Shown here in pieces: positions 47,286 to 54,195 of a stretch of 64,000 bases of DNA. The translations under genes and the position numbers were made by a program. The stretch spans positions 293-64,292 of IMG/VR virus record IMGVR_UViG_3300044624_001881; one strand, given 5' to 3'. Origin of the DNA: a virus. Its lineage: Duplodnaviria; Caudoviricetes. The stretch's first letter is position 1. The number at the start of each line of letters is the position of its first letter. A model generated the notes under the pieces. The model did not search any database and had not been told where the DNA came from. It saw only the letters and a list, made by a program, of their open reading frames with translations.

Positions 47286-48306
47286 TTATCTCTTCATCCA
47301 ATCTTAGCATAAGTAATTTAGGTGCCGGACAAACATCGCCTTCCCATTCTAATTGATGACAATCCCCACCGCAATATTTATACATTGGACATTGATAACA
47401 ACGTGGATCGCGGCTGAGCTCGCTAGCGATTATTTGGCACCTTTTCGGTGAATTTATTATTTCTTTAGCAGAATTATTTATATGTCCATAGACCTCTTCT
47501 GGTGCTGCATTAGGACATCCCGAGATGCCGCCATCAGCATTAATGGTAAACAATTTCTGTTCACAGTCTCTACAGAAAGTACCACCCTTTGTAAATCCAG
47601 TTTCAAACTTTGAGTACACGTTCTCAAGAAATCCATTATGAAACCATTCACGAGCACCATACTCTTCTGTTTGTTCATGTAACTTTACGAACCAATGTTG
47701 AAGTTCTATATTCGTTGGAAAAACAAACAGGTTTTTCTTAGCATATCCGTTTGATGTAACACGTTCTAGATCTAATTCTTGAACACCAAGACTCTTTGCA
47801 TACTTTAAAATTTCTATTGGTTCCATCGATACGGCGTCTTTTGTAAGAGATACAAAAAGCTTTATCGTGTAGCCTCTATCAATTAAAAATCTTACGTTAT
47901 CTTCAAATAGTTGTCTTTGTTTCTCATTAGCAAAACGAATCTTAGGATCCCAAGAAGTACCAATTCTTTTCTGTAATACATTATCCATAAAATCTAGTTT
48001 ATCTTCAGTGAGCTTGTAAACTAGATTTGTTGTTGCGCCATATGTTGAATCATTCCAAACGTCTTTTGTAAGATCATAGAATTTTCTCATGTCTTCTATC
48101 TTAGCGAGAAAAGGTTCTCCACCATGATATTCAAAATGACATGTTGCTTCAGGTCTTATTTGCTTTACTTCGTTTACCCATCGAGCAACATTTTCCGGAT
48201 CGAAATAGATTTTCTTTCCGTTTTTACCAGAAGTAAAACAATGAGAGCAATCTAAGTTACAGGTCTCAGTTGTTTTGATATAAAATACTAGATTGTTTTG
48301 AATCAT
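47266..48306 (-). CDS. Radical SAM/SPASM-domain protein (peptide/protein maturase-like)
   Basis: 'YIKTTETCNLDCSHC', 'YHGGEPFL', 'CRDC..TINADGGISGC' and 'CYQCPMYKYCGGDC..C'. Confidence 0.9.
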   Translation of the reverse strand: MIQNNLVFYIKTTETCNLDCSHCFTSGKNGKKIYFDPENVARWVNEVKQIRPEATCHFEYHGGEPFLAKIEDMRKFYDLTKDVWNDSTYGATTNLVYKLTEDKLDFMDNVLQKRIGTSWDPKIRFANEKQRQLFEDNVRFLIDRGYTIKLFVSLTKDAVSMEPIEILKYAKSLGVQELDLERVTSNGYAKKNLFVFPTNIELQHWFVKLHEQTEEYGAREWFHNGFLENVYSKFETGFTKGGTFCRDCEQKLFTINADGGISGCPNAAPEEVYGHINNSAKEIINSPKRCQIIASELSRDPRCYQCPMYKYCGGDCHQLEWEGDVCPAPKLLMLRLDEEINGSTYK

Positions 48307-48713
48307 TATTGACCTACAGAAAGAATAACAGATCTATATAGATTTGTAGCTTCATGAGGAGTACCCTGTGGAATAAAAATATGTTCCCCTTCAGAAATAA
48401 TCATTTGCTCTCCGTCAACATTCATAGTCTTAGTACCTTCAATACAATAAATAGTAACATCACAGGTATCCTCGTGAACGCCAAATGATTTAGCTCCTTC
48501 TGGAGAAATAAAACAGTGAACTGTGTTCGGATAAAACTCATTAGTTACCCGTTCTATGTCTTCTATTTTTACGGTTTTAGTATTTTCTGCTATATAAAAA
48601 ATAGCTTTGTTCTTATCTATAGGATGATCTAAACCATCATCATCTATAACAAAACACTTAAAATCTATTGTAGAATATTCGATATATTCTAATATTTTAT
48701 TCAAAGTTATCAT
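48306..48713 (-). CDS. JmjC/cupin-fold Fe(II)/2OG-type hydroxylase-like protein (135 aa)
   Basis: 'SFGVHEDTCDV.IY..EGTK' (HxD plus Lys) and 'GE.IFIPQGTPHEA' (distal His), the pattern of YcfD/NO66-like JmjC cupins. Confidence 0.7.
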   Translation of the reverse strand: MITLNKILEYIEYSTIDFKCFVIDDDGLDHPIDKNKAIFYIAENTKTVKIEDIERVTNEFYPNTVHCFISPEGAKSFGVHEDTCDVTIYCIEGTKTMNVDGEQMIISEGEHIFIPQGTPHEATNLYRSVILSVGQ

Positions 48714-48747
48714 ATAAAACTCACAGGTTTAGTCTTCATCATGTTAG

Positions 48748-48755
48748 TATTTATT
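48748..48755 (-). promoter_or_regulatory. Candidate late promoter variant (AATAAATA) for the minus-strand radical SAM operon
   Basis: Plus-strand tatttatt lies 34 nt upstream of the cupin start. The same AATAAATA variant precedes + strand late genes at 53816 and 56543. Confidence 0.5.
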
Positions 48756-48837
48756 CTTCGGACCTTGTAGCAGAAACCTATTATCCAAAAATAATAAATA
48801 CCAAGTAGAATGAGAGCTTTCATAAAAGGCAACGTCA

Positions 48838-48845
48838 TATAAATA
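48838..48845 (+). promoter_or_regulatory. T4-type late promoter (TATAAATA)
   Basis: Exact match upstream of the 48880 start. A second AATAAATA lies at 48793-48800. Confidence 0.75.
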
Positions 48846-48879
48846 GATCTATTATCTAACTCATAACATGGAGATAAAC

Positions 48880-49248
48880 ATGGCTTTTACATATAATTGG
48901 TCAGTTACAAGTCTTAAAGTAAAAGACGAAGTAAATGCTGACGGAGAAACACTCCAAAATGCTGTTGTCCAAACATATTGGAAAGTAGTTGGTACAGATA
49001 GCAATGGTAATACTGGTGAGTTCTCGGGTGCTACACCATTCAGCGCAGCTAACGTTCCAGCTGGTTCGTTTGTAGCTTTTGCTGATCTTACAGAAGAAAC
49101 AGTTCTCAACTGGATTAAAAACGTTGTTAATGGTGATCCTTCTTACAAGGCTCACATCGACAGCCAACTTCAAAGACGTATTGATGCTGAAGTATCTGTT
49201 GAAAAGTCTGGCGCAGCTCTTCCTTGGGCCGTTCCTGGCTCGGAATAA
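48880..49248 (+). CDS. Small phage protein, tail-fibre-associated type
   Basis: GGAG RBS before the ATG at 48880 (ORF track starts at 48868). Pattern 'TYNWSV.SL...NAVVQTYW...G...F..FADLTEETVLNWI....LPW'. Confidence 0.7.
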   Translation: MAFTYNWSVTSLKVKDEVNADGETLQNAVVQTYWKVVGTDSNGNTGEFSGATPFSAANVPAGSFVAFADLTEETVLNWIKNVVNGDPSYKAHIDSQLQRRIDAEVSVEKSGAALPWAVPGSE

Positions 49249-49264
49249 TTAAGGATATTTTAAA

Positions 49265-49597
49265 GTGAATTACACTTGGCAAATTTTAAGTCTTGGTCTT
49301 AAAGATCAAATCAACCAAGATGGTGAACTTCTTCAAGATGCAATTGTTTTTGTTCACTGGAAAAAAATTGCTGAAGATGCGAATGGTAGCAGAGCAAGTT
49401 ATCTTGGAAAGACTGAACTTTCTGCAGCTAACGTGTCTGCCGAATCCTTTATCAATCTAAATGTAGTAGCTAAAGAAGATGTAATAGATTGGATAGAAAA
49501 CAGTCTTACAGCTTCGCAAAGAAACAGCATTGAAAATATTCTATTGAAGAAAATTGAAAAAAGTAAGCTAAAAAAATACACCCCATCTTGGGGATAA
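49265..49597 (+). CDS. Paralogue of the preceding small protein (110 aa)
   Basis: 'YTWQILSLGLKDQINQDGELLQDAIVFVHW..LSAANVSAESFI..DVIDWI..PSW' aligns with 48880-49248. AAGGA RBS, GTG start. Confidence 0.7.
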   Translation: MNYTWQILSLGLKDQINQDGELLQDAIVFVHWKKIAEDANGSRASYLGKTELSAANVSAESFINLNVVAKEDVIDWIENSLTASQRNSIENILLKKIEKSKLKKYTPSWG

Positions 49598-49632
49598 ATA
49601 ATCTTACTGAATAACTATATTATGGAGTTGTT

Positions 49633-50667
49633 ATGCACGATCTGTATATGGGTGGTCTAGCGAATTATGCGCTAAAGAGAGGCGGCTCTATTCATCCGAT
49701 AATTATACCAAAAAGTGTTCTTGGAAACGAGACTGGTATAATGAATCCCTCGATTTTTCTACACAACGGAAAAATTCTGGTTAATGTCCGCCACGTTAAC
49801 TACATTCTATACCACAGCGAAGGTAAAAAATTTCCGCACCAGTGGGGTCCTTTGGTGTACATTCATCCAGAAAATGATGTAGCTTTAAAGACTCACAATG
49901 TCATGTGTGAGCTTGATGAAAATCTCAATCTTAAATCTGCCGGCCGAGTAAACATGGTTCTTGATACAGAGCCTACGTGGAACTTTGTTGGACTTGAAGA
50001 CGCAAGACTCTTTTCTTGGAATGATAAACTTTATATGTGCGGTGTTCGTAGAGACTGCTACGATGATAAAGGTAAAGGCCGAATGGAGATGGCTGAGATT
50101 GATTTTATAGATGGTGAGTGGAGAGAGATTTCTCGTAATCCAATTCCAGCACCAGGAGATGACTCAAGCTATTGTGAAAAGAACTGGATGCCTATTCTCG
50201 ATATGCCATTTCACTTTGTAAAATGGTGTAATCCAATGCAAGTTGTGCATTATGATATTGAGAATAGAAAAACTACAAATGTTTATTTAGATGAAGGCGA
50301 AAGAAAAGCATATCCAAAGGATTTTCGTGGTGGCTCTCAGGTAATTCGTATTAATGAAAATCAAAGAATGGCTTTCATTCATGAAACAAATCTATTAAGA
50401 GATCCGTTTGGTAGAAAAGATGGAGACTATGCTCATCGCGTTCTTATCTGGGATAACGATTGGAATTTAATTCATGCTTCGAAACCGTTTCATTTCCTTG
50501 GCACATACTACGATCACGTAACAAATACCGATTATAATATTGAATTTGTTACTGGAATAGCTATTCATGGAAATAATATTCTCGTTTCTTTTGGTTTCCA
50601 AGATAACGCCTCGTTTATTCTTCGTATTCCGCAAAATGTATTTGTTGATTTTCTATCTAAAGGGTAA
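49633..50667 (+). CDS. Five-bladed beta-propeller glycosidase/phosphorylase-like protein (GH130-like)
   Basis: 'MNPSI', 'GLEDARLF', 'EKNWMP', 'RGGS' and 'IEFVTG..SFGFQD' motifs. GGAG RBS. Confidence 0.65.
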   Translation: MHDLYMGGLANYALKRGGSIHPIIIPKSVLGNETGIMNPSIFLHNGKILVNVRHVNYILYHSEGKKFPHQWGPLVYIHPENDVALKTHNVMCELDENLNLKSAGRVNMVLDTEPTWNFVGLEDARLFSWNDKLYMCGVRRDCYDDKGKGRMEMAEIDFIDGEWREISRNPIPAPGDDSSYCEKNWMPILDMPFHFVKWCNPMQVVHYDIENRKTTNVYLDEGERKAYPKDFRGGSQVIRINENQRMAFIHETNLLRDPFGRKDGDYAHRVLIWDNDWNLIHASKPFHFLGTYYDHVTNTDYNIEFVTGIAIHGNNILVSFGFQDNASFILRIPQNVFVDFLSKG

Positions 50668-50670
50668 GAC

Positions 50671-51903
50671 ATGATTTTTAAAAATATGAATCTTTTGAAT
50701 GACGTTGTTTTAGATTACACTAATCCAGAAAAAATTTACAAGCTTGCAAGAGAATATGATAGTTTAGAACAAGGTTCAGCTGCTTTTAGCTTTTATCTTC
50801 GTGCTGCAGACATGTCTTCTGGAGAAACTTACTACGATAAGTGGCTTCAATATAAATGTTTGATTCTCAGTGCTTTCATCTATGATAGAAATTTAAATAG
50901 AGGTCATAGTGTAGTAGGTCTGCTTAAGATGGCTATTGAGACTATGCCGGATAGACCTGAAGCTTATTATTTTCTAGCTAAATACTTCCAAGGTAAACAC
51001 GAATGGCGTGATAGTATGATGCTTTCTAAGATAGGAATAGAATGCTCAGAATACAAAGATATGGATGATGATTTAAACTATCCTGGAATAGAAGCTCTTA
51101 AACTTCTTTATGCTCGAGCAAAATGGAAGTCGGATGGTAGAGATGATTCGAGAAATCTAGCATTCGATTTAAAATATAAGAACACACTTACACCAGATCT
51201 TGATCAAGAAGTTACTGAATTACTGCAACAACACGGTTATCCAAGTACTTTTCCGTACTCGCATGACGATAAAAAAAGATATAAGTTCTCGTTTAGAGGT
51301 TTAGATTCTATCGGTAAAAATTATTCTCGTCATTTCCAAGATATGTTTGTTCTTTCTGCTCTTGATGGTAAAGACAACGGAACATTTGTTGAGATTGGTT
51401 CTGGACATCCAACACTTTTTAGTAATACAAAGCTTCTTGAAGAGTTTGGTTGGAAGGGAATTTCTATTGACAATTCAGAAAGAATGAGTCATGTATTTTC
51501 TCGCGAAAGAACTACATCTATGATTATGGCTGATGCTGCAAGCTTAGATTATAATTCTCTTTTCAAACAACAATGTTTAGAAGAACATACTGACTTCTTA
51601 AGAATTAACGCTGAACATGCGTCTCTTGACGCGTTAAAGAGAATTCCGTTTAATAAGTACTCGTTTTCTGTTATTCAATTCCAGCATAATGCATGTTGGT
51701 GGGGACCAGAATTTAGAGAAGAATCAAGAAAAATATTAAGTAAGATTGGTTACGTTCTCTTTGTTCCAGACGTTGCTGTAGATGAACAGAACAATTATGA
51801 AGATTGGTGGGTATATCCTTCTATAGCAGCAGCTAAGAAAAATATGAAGGGTAAAAACGGAATTAATTTTGCTTGGAATTATATGATGAAGGAGTTATCA
51901 TGA
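50671..51903 (+). CDS. TPR-repeat protein fused to an FkbM-like SAM-dependent methyltransferase domain
   Basis: N-terminal helical repeats ('AIETMPDRPEAYYFLAKY'). C-terminal 'YSRHFQDMFVL...GTFVEIGSG...SNTKLLEEFGWKGISID...FEDWW-like (YEDWWV)'. Confidence 0.65.
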   Translation: MIFKNMNLLNDVVLDYTNPEKIYKLAREYDSLEQGSAAFSFYLRAADMSSGETYYDKWLQYKCLILSAFIYDRNLNRGHSVVGLLKMAIETMPDRPEAYYFLAKYFQGKHEWRDSMMLSKIGIECSEYKDMDDDLNYPGIEALKLLYARAKWKSDGRDDSRNLAFDLKYKNTLTPDLDQEVTELLQQHGYPSTFPYSHDDKKRYKFSFRGLDSIGKNYSRHFQDMFVLSALDGKDNGTFVEIGSGHPTLFSNTKLLEEFGWKGISIDNSERMSHVFSRERTTSMIMADAASLDYNSLFKQQCLEEHTDFLRINAEHASLDALKRIPFNKYSFSVIQFQHNACWWGPEFREESRKILSKIGYVLFVPDVAVDEQNNYEDWWVYPSIAAAKKNMKGKNGINFAWNYMMKELS

Positions 51904-52655
51904 GAGTAGTAGTTGTTACCGGCGGATTCGATCCACTTCATTCTGGTCACATAGCTTATTTTAAAGCTGCTAAAGAGCTTGGTGATATTCTTTGTGTAGG
52001 AGTTAATAGCGACAATTGGTTAACTCGTAAAAAGGGTAAACCATTCATGCCATTCGAAGAAAGAAAAAACATTGTTGAAAACATTAAATGTGTAGGTAAT
52101 GCTTTTGGTTTTAATGATGACGATGGTTCTGCTATTGAAGCTATTCGTCACATAAAAAATATGTTTCCTCGTAATTCAGAAATTGTCTTCGCAAACGGTG
52201 GAGACCGCACAAAAGATAATATTCCCGAAATGGTATTCGATGATGTTGAATTTGTTTTTGGAGTTGGTGGAGAGGATAAGAAGAATAGCTCTTCTTGGAT
52301 TCTATCAAACTGGGATAAACCAACTACACAGAGATCATGGGGTAAGTACAGAGACTTAGATAAAAATGGTCATTGGAAAGTAAAAGAACTTTCTATTGAT
52401 GTTGGTAAATCTTTAAGCGATCAGAGACACTTTAAACGTTCAGAACATTGGCACATTGTAGATGGTGCTCTTGAAATGAATCTTGAGTTTGATAATGGAT
52501 ACAAAACTTCTAAGGTTTATAAAACCGGTGAGAGCATTGATATTCCTATGCTTTCTTGGCATAAAGCTGTTAACGTTGGTACTACTCCAGTTAAAGTAAT
52601 TGAAGTCTGGATGGGTACTGAACTATCTGAGGAAGATATTGAAAGAAGAACATAG
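51900..52655 (+). CDS. Cytidylyl/nucleotidyltransferase (HxGH, RfaE/TagD-like) fused to a mannose-6-phosphate-isomerase-type cupin
   Basis: 'VVTGGFDPLHSGH', 'GVNSD..L.RKKG', 'FANGGDR', 'KNSSS', then 'RSWGKY..VKEL....LS.QRHFKRSEHW..WH..IEVW.G..L.EEDIER'. ATG at 51900 with GGAG RBS and ATGA overlap. Confidence 0.85.
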   Translation: MRVVVVTGGFDPLHSGHIAYFKAAKELGDILCVGVNSDNWLTRKKGKPFMPFEERKNIVENIKCVGNAFGFNDDDGSAIEAIRHIKNMFPRNSEIVFANGGDRTKDNIPEMVFDDVEFVFGVGGEDKKNSSSWILSNWDKPTTQRSWGKYRDLDKNGHWKVKELSIDVGKSLSDQRHFKRSEHWHIVDGALEMNLEFDNGYKTSKVYKTGESIDIPMLSWHKAVNVGTTPVKVIEVWMGTELSEEDIERRT

Positions 52656-52680
52656 TATTAATTTGTAGAGCCATAAGGCT

Positions 52681-52708
52681 ATTATATCCATGCTGCGATA
52701 GGTGTCAA
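52681..52708 (-). promoter_or_regulatory. Consensus sigma70-type promoter TTGACA-N16-TATAAT, pointing leftwards (antisense to late genes)
   Basis: Minus strand reads aaaaaaacag-TTGACA-cctatcgcagcatgga-TATAAT-agcctt-ATG, with an A-tract upstream of the -35 box. Confidence 0.65.
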
Positions 52709-52717
52709 CTGTTTTTT

Positions 52718-52725
52718 TATAAATA
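52718..52725 (+). promoter_or_regulatory. T4-type late promoter (TATAAATA)
   Basis: Exact match 30 nt before the 52756 start, which has an AAGGAG RBS. Confidence 0.8.
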
Positions 52726-52755
52726 TTCAGAAAATATATCACAAAGGAGATATCA

Positions 52756-53163
52756 ATGGCTTTTAAATTATCTGTAACAGCCAGAAATGCAACTCTACAA
52801 GCTCTTGAAGACCATGTAGGTAATAATGCTATTCTTACCATCTCGACTGGTACTCCTCCACTCAATTGTGCAGCAGCTAACACTGGAACGGTTCTTGCTT
52901 CTATGACTCTACCAGACGATTGGTTAGGAGAACCATCTAATGGAAACGTTAACCTCTCAGGTAGTTGGCAAGATCTTTCAGCAGATGCTTCAGGTACTGC
53001 TGGACATTTTAGACTTTTTAATAATGCAGGCACCACATGCCACATGCAAGGTAATATTACAGCTACTGGCTTAGGTGGCGATATGCAACTCGACAATACA
53101 AACATCGCAGTTGGCCAGCAAATTAACATCACTTCGTTCTCAATCACCGCAGGTGGCGAATAA
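52756..53163 (+). CDS. Small virion structural protein (135 aa)
   Basis: Late promoter and strong RBS. 'ADASGTAGHFRL...GGDMQLDNTNI..GQ.I.ITSF' is a pattern seen in phage tail-associated proteins. Confidence 0.65.
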   Translation: MAFKLSVTARNATLQALEDHVGNNAILTISTGTPPLNCAAANTGTVLASMTLPDDWLGEPSNGNVNLSGSWQDLSADASGTAGHFRLFNNAGTTCHMQGNITATGLGGDMQLDNTNIAVGQQINITSFSITAGGE

Positions 53164-53184
53164 CAAAAGAGCGAGTAAAAGCTC

Positions 53185-53766
53185 ATGTCAGCAAATGCAG
53201 AGTTTTCTACGACATTAGACTATGAGTTCGTCGGCGATGGAATCGTATTCGTAGTAGGACAATCTTCTAATAGTTTAGATTATCTTTTTAATTCTAATGT
53301 AAAAAATCTAATTAAAGCAGAATCCTCAAATAACTTTTTTGGTTTTGAGTTTTCTTCTGTTATAGAATTACCAACGATTCTAGCATCAGCGAACTTATCA
53401 TTTGATTTTTCTTTTTCATCTACAGCAGAATTTGGTGTTCAAAGAAGATTAACAGCTAATACTCGTATAGAGTTTACACAGTCTGCTGAAGGTAATTTAC
53501 CTGTTAGAGCATCTTTAAGTTATCCATTCGAATTTTCTGTACAAAGTTCTGCAACACAATTTTCATTAGGCACTGCAAACTTATCGTTTGATTTCTCTGT
53601 TGATTCAAATGTTTTAAATTATTCTTTACACGTCTATGATAGAATAGGAAAGAATGAAGTAGAATTAGTAACATATGAATTTAATGATATCGAAATTTTA
53701 AATGAAAACAATTTCATAGAGATAATCGATTCCGGTAGAAATGAAGCAAAAATACTGTCTTACTAA
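53185..53766 (+). CDS. Hypothetical Ser/Phe/Asn-rich protein (193 aa)
   Basis: ORF in a late operon, with the internal repeat 'ANLSFDFS' twice. Confidence 0.55.
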   Translation: MSANAEFSTTLDYEFVGDGIVFVVGQSSNSLDYLFNSNVKNLIKAESSNNFFGFEFSSVIELPTILASANLSFDFSFSSTAEFGVQRRLTANTRIEFTQSAEGNLPVRASLSYPFEFSVQSSATQFSLGTANLSFDFSVDSNVLNYSLHVYDRIGKNEVELVTYEFNDIEILNENNFIEIIDSGRNEAKILSY

Positions 53767-53783
53767 ACCGTATCTTTTCAGAG

Positions 53784-53815
53784 AAAGAGGCTATAGATTT
53801 ATAGTCTCTTTTTTT
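53784..53815 (+). terminator. Intrinsic terminator
   Basis: AGAGGCTATA-GATT-TATAGTCTCT hairpin (one G-U pair) followed by a T run. Confidence 0.7.
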
Positions 53816-53845
53816 AATAAATAAAAGAAAAATACTCGGAGAAAA

Positions 53846-54184
53846 ATGATGACGGCTACCTTTTACATAAAACAAAATGATACAGCCCCGTCTTTAGAAG
53901 TTGCTCTTAAAGGTTCTAACGGTAGAGCAAGAACTTTAGAAAACGCTTCTTCTGTAAGATTTCATATGTCAAAAGAGAATAACGGCGGTAACGCTATTAC
54001 TAATGGTGTTTGTGTAATTACAAATGCAACAAAGGGTATTGTTTCTTATCCTTGGCAAGCGGGTGATACCGCAAATACTGGAACATATGACGCAGAATTT
54101 GAGGTGTTATATAGTAACGGCCAGAATGAAACGTTTCCAAACTCTGCTTTTATTAAAGTAATCATTAGAGAAGAGTTGGCGTAA
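53846..54184 (+). CDS. BppU-N-like Ig-fold virion adaptor protein (112 aa)
   Basis: 'FYIKQNDTAPSL..L...G...L..ASSVRF.M....G.VSY.WQAGDTA.TGTY.AEFEV.Y.NG..ETFP'. AATAAATA at 53816-53823 upstream. Confidence 0.6.
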   Translation: MMTATFYIKQNDTAPSLEVALKGSNGRARTLENASSVRFHMSKENNGGNAITNGVCVITNATKGIVSYPWQAGDTANTGTYDAEFEVLYSNGQNETFPNSAFIKVIIREELA

Positions 54185-54195
54185 GGGGAAAACAC

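Noticed and set aside
37853-48713. Operon as a DNA hypermodification or cofactor pathway (7-deazaguanine, NrdG, MoaA, PQQ)
   Set aside because: No FolE/QueC/QueD/DpdA, NrdD, MoaC or PqqB/C-like genes were recognised, and the context is structural rather than replicative. Not formally excluded without searches.
52623-53186. 187-aa minus-strand ORF
   Set aside because: It overlaps the 135-aa plus-strand gene, which has a late promoter and a strong AAGGAG RBS, and it runs through the promoter region. No motif recognised.
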